From NCBI GenBank assembly GCA_002633005.1, contig NMRA01000168.1:375129-439128 (forward strand): a DNA stretch of 64,000 nt. Direction: 5' to 3'. Below, one piece after another: positions 22,251 through 34,226 of this stretch. This DNA is from Phoronis australis. Lineage: Eukaryota; Animalia; Phoronida. A program made the position numbers and the translations under genes. Each line of letters opens with the position of its first letter. Within the stretch, counting starts at the first letter, position 1. Under the pieces are notes generated by a model, which saw nothing but the letters and a program-made list of their open reading frames with translations, ran no database searches and was not told where the DNA came from.

Positions 22251-24100
22251 TTTTGCTAATCATGAGCTCATCTTATCATCCCTGACGGTCGCGCGCGCCG
22301 AAATGTTCTGCAACAATGCTGTCGTCAGCGTATCAGCGCATCGATACCGTAAGCTATTGCATCAAGAAGACTACGTCCCACTATACCGTCACTTAAATTT
22401 CAGTACGTAGGGACTACGGTAAAATGTAAGAATAGCAACGCGGAGCGATAGAATGCACCCACGAATGCACCGCAAAACGGTGTGCTTCTAGGGTTGTTTC
22501 ATGATTTGTTTCATAAAAATTGCCACTATATGGCGCAAAAGCCTCCAATACATCTGAAAACGGGAATATTCCATCGCTTCTTTAATAGAAAGCTATTTAC
22601 CAAATTTCATAAACAGTTGTCAAGGAACTTGAGAGAAACAAACTAAAACGTGAAAAATGAAATTGCCGCTATGGGGCACAGCGTTCGTTGAATCCAACTG
22701 AAAGACGTCGTTGTCTGTTGTTAGCTTCATATAAATACAGTTACTAAATCGAATAAAGACCCTTTCTGTGTGTTTAGGAGATGCAGCTAAGGGCGCGAAA
22801 CAAAACAAAACAAAACTACCACTAGGAGGCGCCACATTAGTCGAATTCGTTATCGTCAACAGTTGTCTTAACACTGAGAACATATACCTCAATTTTCAAA
22901 ATCATCCTTAAAATAGTTTGGTTTGAACACCAAAAAACTTACTCGAAAATAGGAAAAATAGCCACTGGGTGTCGCAAAGTACCTCGATTCCATCCGAAAA
23001 CGGGAAGATAGCACCATCTCACCAATAGATGCCTATATTCCAACTTTTTCTGAAAATCCGTTGAGTACCTTTGAAGATACAGAGGTCAAACTAAAAAACT
23101 AAAATTGCCACTAGGGGACACACTGGTAGTCATATCAGTCCGAAAGCTATTGTCATTCGTTGTCAACATCATATAAATACACTTGCTAAATTTAGCAAAG
23201 ATCCTGCGAACGGTTTAGAAGATACAGTCATGGGCGCAAAAACTGCCACCAGGAGGCGCCACAGTAGTCAAAGTCCTCGGAAAATCATCGTCAGCTTCAT
23301 AGTAAGAGAATACATGCCAATTTTCACAATCATCCTTAGAACGGATTGGTTGATAGAGGGGTGGACGCCAAAAACAGACTAAAAAACAGTAAAAATGGCC
23401 ACTAGGTGGCGCAAACTACGTCAAATCCATCCGACAACGGGAGAATATCCCACTAATAGATGCCTATTTGCCAAATTTTATAAAAATACGTTGAGGACCT
23501 TAGAAGATTCAGAAGTAAATGTAAAAAATAAAATTGCCACTAGGGGGCAGGTCCGTCCGAAAGTCGTCGCCATCCATTGTCAACATCCAACTTCCTAAAT
23601 TTAGTAAAGATCCTGCCAACGGCTTAGGAGATACAGTCATGGGCGCAAAGAAACAAAACTGCCACTACGAGTCGTCAGAGTAGTCGAAATCGTCGGAAAA
23701 TCATCGTCAGCCGCCCTCTTCATAGTAAGAACATACATGGCAATTTTCACAATTATCCTTAAAGGCGAAGGCAACCTTTTTCATGTCATTTTTAGCAAAA
23801 ATGAGGTTCGTTGATTATCCCAGACATATTTTACACTTATTTACTGCTTTTCGTAATTTAATTTATTACTCGTCGTCTACTCCGGAAGTGACGTTTTGGG
23901 AGGCACGAATTTCGCGCCAAATTTCTTTTCATATAGTCTAACTGTGAGAGCAGTCGAGTCAGTCATTGTTTTACCTCGGTTGTGATAAGTTCGGTCGTCG
24001 TTTGCTTTTGCTTTTGAGTCAGTCAACATGCCACGCTGTTGCTGCGTACTGGGGTGTACTCATTATCGTCTCACGTGGAGAGCAAGAACTGTCCCACTTG

Positions 24101-25950
24101 TAGCGGGGAGGGAATATGTGCAGATTTGCAAAAATTTGGTACTTTGTGACAAGTTTTTGCAATTTGGTACGCTGTTAGGTATAAGCAAAAGAAATTTTAA
24201 AAACACCGCAAACAAAGTGTTCTTACCCCCTGGTGGTAGTTACGCGCAAAATCCAATATGGCCGCCGCCGAAAATGGAAATTGGCATATGTTGGCTATGA
24301 TTATCACTAGAACAAATTGTGATATCATCGTTTCAATATTTGGGGGGGTGAGAAGTTCATTTTTGGTGCTAGTTTTATGTTTTGGGGTCAATTCCAACGC
24401 AAAACGATACTTTCAAAGCAAATTTCATTCACAAATAACTCAAATTTATTTTTGTCCTCGTAAAAGTTACTTTGTTTAGTTAATGGGTATATCGATGTGA
24501 TTCACCGCAGAAAATTCTAAAATTACCATTTTCCAAAACCAGGTTTGAACAAAATAGGACTTGTCCAGATGACTGTGACAATACTTCTAGACTGAGACTA
24601 TAGAAACATAGTTACTTTATTAGCAACTGAATGAACAGAATTGTCTACCAAATACTGGTGGTTGCTAGTTTGTATTATGTATGTATACTAACTTATAAAA
24701 CAACTAGATATTGAGAAAGATGAAATTTCAAGTTTAAGAGTCGTTGCTGGTGCAGGCACCTTCACATTTGCACACTGTGGTATACCGGCCGAGTCCAGCT
24801 CGTTGGCACTTACAATTGCCTTTGCAGACAACAACACAGCTACAAGTAGCGAACACAACTGGCTTACTTCATCCAGATCTGACCAACATGGCACTAATTT
24901 CGTAGCTCTAGCATTCCATTTCCAACCCCATAGACATGGTTTGGTATCTGGGGTTTTATTGGCAAGAGACTGTTTCCAAACAAAAGCTGCAGTGAGCAGG
25001 GAACGCTTACCATGTTGGAATGAAGCATGCTGTGTTGGTGGTAGTGATTCCGGAGTCCATTTGTGAACAGAAGCTTTAATGCGTTATTCACAGGGTGTGT
25101 CCCTCAGTTTTTACTGTATTTTAGTACTATTCAGCGTTCAAGGTGTAGTGAAAGAATCGAGTCAAGTGTAAGGGTAGTTGGGTCATAAGTGATGGCAATA
25201 AAAGTATTTGTGACCTCGGGGAAAGCAGCCCAAGCATTCCATGGTTTTTCAATTCCGCACATTGCTGAGACGACATCACAACCTGTCAGTACATGGAAGA
25301 GTGGGAGGACTTCATATTTCTGCGGCCCAAGGTTTTGAGAGATTTGGTGGATCGAAATATCCATATAGTTTTTCCAGATGCAACTCCAATCCACAACTCT
25401 TAGAGGCCTTGCTTGTGAAAGAAGCTGACTGCTCGAACCACCGCGACACTGACAGCTGTTCTAAAGGTAAGCCTTGGTGTCATCCTGAACAGATGCATGT
25501 TGCAAATGCATCATCATCCTCGTGTCAGCTACTGTCTATAGCCATGGAAACAACGGTGACTACGTCTGTTGATTTGCTGCTGAGTATTAGGTCGGCATTT
25601 GTTGTAAGAAGTTGGTACTGTGAATCAGCTGTGCTGCCCAGAAGGTCGTCGATGTCGAACTGAAAGAGCTCGTCCTTGTTTTAACAATTTTGAGGAATGT
25701 CTGCCACTGAGTTCCCCTGGGCATTGGTATCTTAGCCGAAACCCGTGTTTGTCGCAATTCAGTCTCGCCACGCTTCACATGAGTCTATGACTTCAGACTA
25801 TCCTCTCCGTATGTGTCCCAGACTGCATCCACTCTTCTTGTACTCTCTGCCATCTGGCTCTGCACTTGTGGCACCAATTGCATCTGTGTATACTCCCCAA
25901 ACACTTTTGCACGCTGGGGTTATATAAGATGTATTATGGCGGCCACATCG
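24101..25950 (-). mobile_element. AcademX transposon 3' fragment (XPG/PIN-like nuclease plus Cys-rich finger), decayed
   Basis: Minus strand: DVAAIIHLI..RVDAVWDTYGEDSLK..KRG..WQTFLK..NKDELF..LPLFHVLTGCDVVSAMCG..SLPPTQHA..WGWKW..CSCVVVCKGNCKCQRAGL..CKCEGAC. TAG-starting terminus at 24101. Frameshifts and stops throughout. Confidence 0.68.
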
Positions 25951-26676
25951 AGTGTCCCGCGACACACTCCCACTGGAGGGTAATCTGAGCACCCAAACCG
26001 CTTACATCCCGCCGTGTGACTCTGTCACACACCTGGCACCTTCCAAATAGCTCCAATACAAGTCGACAATAAACTTGTCAAACTTAGGCTCACTGATCTG
26101 TTCATTGGATGACGAACTGTCCTCTTCACTGGGTGTCGAACTGTGCCTTTATTCACTCCCACTACTCAGCATCGCAGCACGGCTGCTTACAGGCTCTGCC
26201 AGGGCTAGAGACAACAACACAGGGCGAATCACTGCTAGTTCCCGTAATTGCACGCACCGGGGTACGTTCCGAGGTACGGTTGACAGTGGATGAAGTGCCT
26301 TCAGTCACTGTATATAGTGGCCACAGCTCGCGAGGCTTCTCGCTTCAAAAACGCACTTCTCGGGGTTGGCGACGGGGCACTGCCGGGAATCAACAGCGAC
26401 GGTATGGTACCCTTCTTCAGGCGTTGTTTCGCAGAGACCTTCATCAATTCAGCGTACATATCTCTGTCATAATCTGACTGCAGAAAATGCTTGCCACACA
26501 CTCGGTAACCCTCCACTGCTTTGTACGTTGCGTGGACGGGTAGCGCTGCGTTCTTCACATGAACGAGCTAGTCAAGTACGGCGAAGTGTGTCATCCTTCG
26601 GAAAGCGACGCAAGGTACCCAAAGCGCGTGTGAGACGATAATGAGTACATCCCGACACGCAGCAACAGCGTGGCAT
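25950..26676 (-). pseudogene. Kolobok transposase 5' part: THAP domain plus C2CH zinc-ribbon remnant
   Basis: ATG at 26676: MPRCCCVSGCTHYRL...RRFPKDDTLRRT*L (stop where W is expected), frameshift, then YRVCGKHFLQSDY...LKKGTIPSL. Further on: KFIVD..VLELFGRCQVC..GAQITLQWECVAGH. Confidence 0.75.
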
Positions 26677-28989
26677 GTTGACTGACTTGTAAACAAAAGC
26701 AAATGACGACCGAACTTATCACAACCGAGGTAGAAAAATGACTGACTCGACAGCTCTCCGGCACAGTCAGACTATAATGAAAAGAAATTGGCGTGAAACT
26801 CTTGCCTCCCAAAACGTCACTTCCGGAGTAGAGGACGCGAAATTAATCAAATTACGAAAAGCTGCAATTAAGTGAAAAATGTGTCTGGGATAATCAACGA
26901 ACCTTATTTTTGCTAAAAGTGACATGAAAAAAAGGTTGCCTTCGCCTTTAAAACTGTTTGGTTGATAGAGGGGTGCACGCCAAAAACAGACTCTAAAACA
27001 GCAAAAATGTTGTTTTTTGGCTGGCATGCTCCTTTAAAAGAATGGAAACGCGCATACGTGTACATTCGTGCATACCAATCCACCAATCCACAGTCAAAGT
27101 GGACACTGTATGAACAACGTATTTGGCGATCACTTTCAATTCGAAATTTGAAAATGCCTGCGCTTTACCGTACTATGCTAGCAAGTACACCAAAATAGCA
27201 GATAACAAGCCTATTTTCTGCTGTTTTTTTTTTCTTGGTCGATTTTAAGGCCTTCAGACCGCACTACTTTTTGGGAGCTCTCTCGCTGCTATATAGCTTA
27301 GCTACGCTTAGACATTAACTTCATGATTCCTTTGGTATAGCCACCACGGGATTCAATGCCGATGAGTAAAATAAAGCCTCCTGCAATCGTCTGCACGATC
27401 CTGTCATCTACGAAAACACACTGACTCGTTTGAAGTTGGCTTGGTACGGTCAGACGATTAGGTGACGCGCTTTGAACAGAGTCAAGTTCAAAATTATTAC
27501 TAACTTAGTTATGATTGTAGTTAGTATAACTTAGTTATCATTCTAGTTAGTAGTACCAGTAGTTGCAACAATTTTTGTTGTTGTTGTTGTCCTGTGTCCT
27601 ATCTTTAACGCATAAGCTGGGACTGGACCTTTTCCGCGGCTACGGGCTTGGAAAGGTACTTATAGCAACATCACGGTTCAATCACTGTGAGGCATAATTC
27701 GCCGAAAAGCTTTCGGCTTATGGGATGGCCAACGTCTCTACTGCCAGATGAGACAGTGAAATTATCTAAATTATTGCGGCCGTTACTTTTATTTTCTGTA
27801 GTTTACCGGAATGGTGTTATTCAGCTTAATTGGAATGGTTTGCTGGAACTTAGAACGTGTCGAAATGGAACTTTGTGGGAAAGGGTCAAGAATCTCTGTA
27901 GGCCTATATATGTGCGTGCGATATTGTCAATTTGCTCCGTAACTTCCAATAAACGTTCGCGTGAAACTTCTCATTTTCCGAACGACGCTCAGATACACTA
28001 ACTAACTTCAAGAAGTCCCAATATCTCTTAACAGCAGTGTCTTGCCGCAGTACAGACTAATAAACCACGTCGTGTGAAAGTTTCTTTTGAATCGATAAGC
28101 TATTCCTGAGTCACGGCGTCCAAAGCGTGCAGGCCATTAACCTGTCTCTGTAGTCCCAGGCCAACCAATGGGCTACACTAGGTATAGCTCATTGTCCCAA
28201 CCTACTGTATACAAATTGTTAAAACTGCCTGAGTAACACCGTACAAGAGAGCTCTTAGCTGAGAGATCTGCGCTGGGTCAAGTTGTTTCAGGTCACCTGT
28301 TTCGCAGCACAACTCAGTGGTGCCGTCTTTGAAGTGTGACGTATGTGGATTTGGACAGTGGCGTGTAACGGGGGCGGTAAAGGCTCCCCGATTTTACGAG
28401 CCCGGTGCGAACAGATGGTGATATTGAAAACTAAAATTGGTGAGTAATACATAGGTTTATTATAAGAATATAGAAGTACAATATGTCACACTTAAAATAA
28501 TCCATTCGTTCCAGTAGCTATTTAATAGTTGTATGTGCAGAAACGGGGGGCAATTTAGTTATTGATCCGAAATGTGAACAGCAATCAAGCTCAGCAGGAG
28601 CCCAAGAATTGCTGGGGACTAAACTATTGGCAACCAAGTTCGGGAGGAGCCCGAAAGCTGCACGTTTGGTGAGAGTGTAGACGTTGACTTCTTGCCGGAG
28701 CTCAGCGACTGGACTCCTCGTGTCTGACAAAGATGAAGCTTAAGTACAAAATTTCAACCAATCAGACATGATCTGAACGGGCTAGGCCAATAGTTCCTAG
28801 GATCTGACCAAGCATGGCCAAATTTGGTCATGTCCAAAGGACCCACACGTAATGTCCAGCATGTCCACCAGAGGACGCATATATCTCAATTATATAGACC
28901 CAATAGTGTTCAGAGCGAAATTGAGGCCTAAATGATGGATCTTTGAATTGAATTACAATCTTTAGGCCTATGCCTTTGTACGTGGATGG

Positions 28990-29905
28990 TGGTCTATTCC
29001 TATGAGAGAGACAGATAATTCTGTTTGGTTCAGAACGAAAACTAGTCAATGCAAAGTAAGGAATAATTGAATTGGACGAATACCCTATTGGTGAGACAAT
29101 TGCTAGGGAACTTCCAGATTGAAAATTTAATGAACTGACCAAGTAAAAACTTGGATCCAGATATCAAGAAAATGGTGGTTTCCGCATTATCTTGACTACG
29201 GCTGTTGCGCCTGATACCCTTGTTTAACTTCTACTAATGAAAAGAATCTGATTTCTCCTTAACCTACAATCTAGATCCTAAAATGGCGCAAGCAATACCG
29301 GCCGGCCTCTTAATCTTGGTTCCATTACAACCCATAGATGTCACCGCACGCACTGGTTCTTCATCATTTCAGCTGGCGAGTGCGCTCTTCTGACATTCTC
29401 CTTGTATCACACCCGTTTCAACTAATAGGACAACCTTCTGAGCTAGTTACAAGAAGCGGGCTTAAATTTCACCATATTCTTATTTTATAAACTTTCAAAC
29501 GATGAATATAATGCATGTTTTATTTCTAAATAATGCACACCACTCAAATCTCTATATACATCTCATATTTTATCTTCTCAGTCGTCCTATAGTAACCCCT
29601 CTTGTACTTGTCTTCATCTTATTTGTTTATATAATGCATTATATATTTTGTTACTTATTGATTTCTTTATATATTATTGTTCTGATGTATTTGATATTCA
29701 ACTAACTTTGAAAGGTATTAAATAGAGCGGACCACTAACTACTTTGTGTCTGCCGTACATTGATTGTCATTTTTGATTTTACTTTTTTACTTGTTCTTAT
29801 TGTAGTCCTCAATTTTAATTAATACACTTGTTTATCTCTATCATTCTTTGCGCAGCGTTGAATTTCATTTTATTGTGTAATGTATTTCTTCATCAATCAA
29901 TCAGT
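28990..29905 (+). mobile_element. CR1/L2-like LINE 3' remnant
   Basis: Degenerate RT C-terminal motifs (IILFGSERKL; PHYLDYGCCA*YPCL), followed by an AT-rich 3' UTR and a short (ATCA)n tail near 29890. Confidence 0.5.
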
Positions 29906-31037
29906 TTAGTTGATATCGCGCCAGCTGTTCTCTGTGGAATAGTAAAACCTTAATGACATACGAAACTATGAACTAATTTTGATGTGAAGTAGCGTGTGAC
30001 CCAGTGGCGGATCTAGGATATCGCAAGGGGCTGGCCCAACTTTTTGTCCAGCTGTAAGCATTTGCGCAAACCACGATTGTAGATGCGTATAGCACCGAAT
30101 GGAAATTTTTCTGTTTTTTCCTCTAAAAATCAAGCAATTTTCCTTGATTCCTGAAGTATTATCCAAGAAAAAAAGGGAAAAAAAGGAAAACGTATCAAAC
30201 AGGACAAACAGCAAGTTCCACAGACTCAACTCACAACCCGGTGGATAGAACGGGAGTGCTTTACCACTACACCACCACGATTTAACTTCTAATCTTGTTC
30301 TTAGAGACCAACTTGTTTATGGTTCACAGCGTTTGCGCGCGAAACCTACTTCTTTTTGTAGTGATTTTTACACGTTTTATATTTTGTGCAATCGGTTCTT
30401 AATAAATTTGTTGTATTTAAAATAGTCTTCAAATGCCCAAAAGACCAAATGCGTTATCATGTTGGCAATAATAACGGGATTGCTTTGGAAATCGTCTTAA
30501 GTTAAGGTTTGACAAAGAGAGAACTATGAGTTTCTGAGTGATTCACTCAGGCTTCGATTAAAATTCACATCTTACCAGCAGCTTCTGTTTTTTTCATCGT
30601 CACTCAGGTTCCATTTTCTTTAAAAAATGAGGTAAATTTTCTTCATTGCACAGTGGAGCAGATGACGGAAACGGAGTCGTAGTGCGCAGCGCCACTGCGC
30701 CGGTCGCCGGGAATATCGCGGGAGAGCCTATACTTATAAGCTACAGTTCCGTTACGAATGCGCCGTCTTCCGAATTTGACACTTGTTTCATCCGTATAAT
30801 TTTAATTACCGGGGTTAATTAATAAACTCAACATTTCCCTAGGCTCTTCCTGTTTTATTTATTTTTTCGGCAGCCACGGGGGGGGGACGGGCCCCCTGCC
30901 CCCCCTAAATCCGCCTATTTGACCAGTGTCGTGGGTAATTACCACGCAATCAGAGAGGCATTGTTGTATTTCAAGTTTTGTTTATAAGTTAGGCCCAACA
31001 ATAATCATTCAGCCAGGGAACGTACATGCAAACATTG

Positions 31038-31510
31038 ACCGTTCTAATAATTTCAGGCTACCCTAACAACACGACTGACGCACTCATGATGAACACAGAT
31101 CCGCACACATGAACACAGCTTCGCACTCATGAACACGACTCACGGACCTGTACACAAAACATGAGCCCCGAACTCACAACTTACACATTAAAAAGCAACT
31201 GCTCACATGTGCACCGCAAACTCGGCTCTGGCACCTACATGTATAACGGCTCATAGTTTCATACTCTTTGCTGAGCCGTGGACGCGATTCTTAGTCATGC
31301 ATACGTATCGAGTAAGCTGCGTGTGTTTTGTGTGCATACATGCTTTTAGTCAGTATACCAACCCTTAAATTTAAGAGCTGAGTATTAATTGGCTAAAATG
31401 TTTTATGTGTGCAGGGACAAGTGGATGCGAATCTGAGGTGAGTTTACTTGTCTGCAATCCGTCCTCATGTGTGGTTGAGCGGTGTTGTTCGGGTAACCTG
31501 TTTGAACGGT
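31038..31510. mobile_element. MITE-like element with imperfect TIRs and internal subrepeats
   Basis: ACCGTTC..CAGGCTACCCTAACAACAC versus GTGTTGTTCGGGTAACCTGTTTGAACGGT; internal CATGAACAC subrepeats. Confidence 0.5.
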
Positions 31511-32980
31511 AACTAAACAACGTTAAGCAGCTGATAAGTCAGCTGATCATATGTTGTGCCTCTAGGTCACGATAACAAGCAGACGGTATAAACGGCAGTG
31601 CCCGCAAGGCTTGTAACGAACGGTGTGCAAGATCCAATCGAGGCGTATACTGACAAAAGGTAGCTGGATTGTGCAAGGTAAATTTTGTGTTTGTTTTTTG
31701 AATTTGATCATTACAGGTCAAATAAGAAAATTAGCGAAAATGCAAATCTTTAAAAACCTAGAATGCTTTTTGCGTCACATTTCGACCCCTTGCACGGATG
31801 CAGGTCGACGTTGTGCAGGCCCGTACCGTATACGGAAGGTTCAAGTGAAACAATGAAATCACTTCGCTTGCGTTGCATGGCATGGCGAGCGATATCTCGC
31901 GCAAATTGCGTGATCTCTCCATCTCATACTCGCAATCGGATAGGCTACGCAACATAGCCCAAGAATGCGTTCCGTACTGAGACGCAAGAATTTCGTCAGT
32001 GAAACTACGGTGATCACGCACTTCACGATATCTCACGAAGTCTTAGTGGTATTGTGTATTTCTTATGTCTACCAAACGCAGGCCAAACTGGTTGCGTGTA
32101 ACCTGTGCCGGGTTGTATTAATCAGTCCCATATATGGACTCAACTAAGTTCCCTAAATCTTGTGCCTATTTGGGTCTTTCTTTACTCACAGATATGATAG
32201 TTCTCTATCATTTCATCTTTATTATGAGTTCCTCTTTGACTTAAATGACGTTTTCTATTAATTAAGTAAAAACCGAGCCCTGAATTCAAAGAAAATAAAC
32301 AGGTACTTAGTCCTCAATTAGGGGTCTTGCATGAATGCATCCCTAATTATTTTCGATAATATTGAGAATTCAACGTCGAGTTTACTCTCGATTTGTGTCA
32401 AAGCGAAAAGTTAACTTAGAAATGAAACTAAAACAGTATGAGAAAGAACAATCGGTATTTTCGCAACTTCAGAAATACGCTGTAAATTTAGGAAACTTAG
32501 CTGAGTCCCTATTTGGGACTGTCATGCAACCGGGCATTGAGGCCCAATTGAACTTCCTCCCTGGCTGGTCTTATATAGCCACGTACACGTGCGGACCGTT
32601 TCTTTAACAACTTTCCGGAAAGCCATCTAGTCGTAAAAAAACGTTTGTTGCGCGTACCACTGATGCTGCTTTTGCAAAGTGTCTTCACTCCAATCGTGGG
32701 ACAGGCTAAATAGTGAGTTTACACTCACGCGTCACGTTTTCGTAACCAAAATTCACACTCCCGAATAAAAGAAATCTGCAATTTACAGGTACATTGTCGG
32801 TTAAACGGCCGAAAAACACATTTTTGGAATTGTTGTTGGATTAAATTGACTTCTTGTTGTTATTAGCTTTGACCAGAGCTGCAAAGCAACAAAATCCTTT
32901 GTTTCTGGTGATTTGATTACAAATCGGCTATTCTCCCCGTTTCCTACCAGACTATCGTTGAAATCAATATCCTTTAAACC

Positions 32981-33180
32981 AGTGGGATTTAGCTCGGTAG
33001 AGCTTTACACTACCTCTGCGAAAAGAGCGGGCTCGATTCCACACATTTAAAATGTCATTTACTGGTGCTCCTTGACTCGTTTTGTGTGTGTTTATTTGCT
33101 CATAAACCATATTCGTGGATGAAGTTAGGATGAGTAGCCCCAGCTAAGTGTCCTTGGGCATGATGAGGCTGTCATTTCCA
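32981..33180 (+). mobile_element. Degenerate tRNA-derived SINE, possibly CORE-type
   Basis: A-box-like TAGCTCGGTAGAGC, B-box-like GGCTCGATTCC, and downstream CORE-like GTGTCCTTGGGCA. Confidence 0.4.
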
Positions 33181-34226
33181 AAAGCTGGAAGAGGAGTGAG
33201 ATTTGAAGGATTTATCGTCCGAGGGACTAGTCAATGAGAATATCTTTATCAACAAGAAACCTACTGATGATGATAACGATGAAGAACAACGACTAGCTTC
33301 ATTAAAGAGGCATGGAACGCAAAAGTTCGTCAAATGTTATGTATACTGACGAAAGTACCACCTCGCAACGTCTCCTTCAGAGTTATTCACTTTCCCCTGT
33401 GAGGGAATTGGAAGAAAAAATCCCAATATTCACGATTTTTGAAATACGCGCGAAGGAAAATGTTGTAGTCATCTCACAGTTTTAATCTCCCTGGATAAAC
33501 TCGCACCTTCGCTCGCACTTATTCGACAAACAGCAGATTGACAAGGTGGATATTAAAGGCACTGAGATTGCTACGAGTGATCGAACTCCGAATCTGAGGT
33601 CGACAGCACAGTTCGAGGCAAGCCAGTGAAGCAAGCAATTTTCCAAAAATAATTCCAAGTGCACTTTAGAATATATTTTAATAACTTTAAACAGGTAAGA
33701 CTTAAATCAACTGCCTCATAATCGGACTGGCTACTCGTTAAGTCGCCATAATCATTTTCCATATCCGGGAGTGTGCTACGTCCTCTTTCTGTACCAAATA
33801 AGGAGACAGGATTTGCTTTGTGGGAGAAAAATCGACGAAGTGAAGAACTGCTGATAGATTGTTTTTTGAAATTTAAAACTAAAAGAAAAATGCCTGACAT
33901 CAACAGAAATTCAAAATCTTTACGAACAAACCGTAAAAATGCCTGGTGAGCCTGTTGAATTCTGTTTCAATGGCAGAGAACACCTTCCTCTAAATAATGT
34001 AGTTTAGTCTGGCGTTCCAGGTCTCTTTCAGTGGACATCCTCGGTTTAGGGCCCAATCGTATTCTTTGTATTATTGTTGGGATGGGACAGACTACTTGAA
34101 GTTATCACCTTCCAAAGATTTTTGCACGCAAAATTCCCACTTCGCTATAGACACAGTTTGATAAAAATTGTTTCAAGGATTTATTTAACTTATAGTTTAC
34201 ATTTAATATAGGTCTGTGTCTCCAAC

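Larger units (their letters stand above)
23763..26947. mobile_element. Kolobok-type DNA transposon (composite, non-autonomous)
   Basis: TTAA TSD (23759-23762, 26948-26951), AGGCGAAGGCAACC termini, and ~310-bp inverted arms that each run into ATGCCACGCTGTTGCTGCGT (THAP start). Confidence 0.82.
22428..27008 (-). mobile_element. HINE/DINE-1-like element copy B (inverted relative to copy A, 5'-truncated), interrupted by the Kolobok insertion
   Basis: Reverse complement of the copy A 3' end at ~22428-22500 and of its monomers at 22520-23760. The monomer resumes at 26948 (TTAAAACTGTTTGGTTGATAGAGGGG...). Confidence 0.8.

Noticed and set aside
33190-33990. Coding-like decayed sequence upstream of the AKR gene
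   Set aside because: Many stops in the frames I read, and no family motif identified with confidence.
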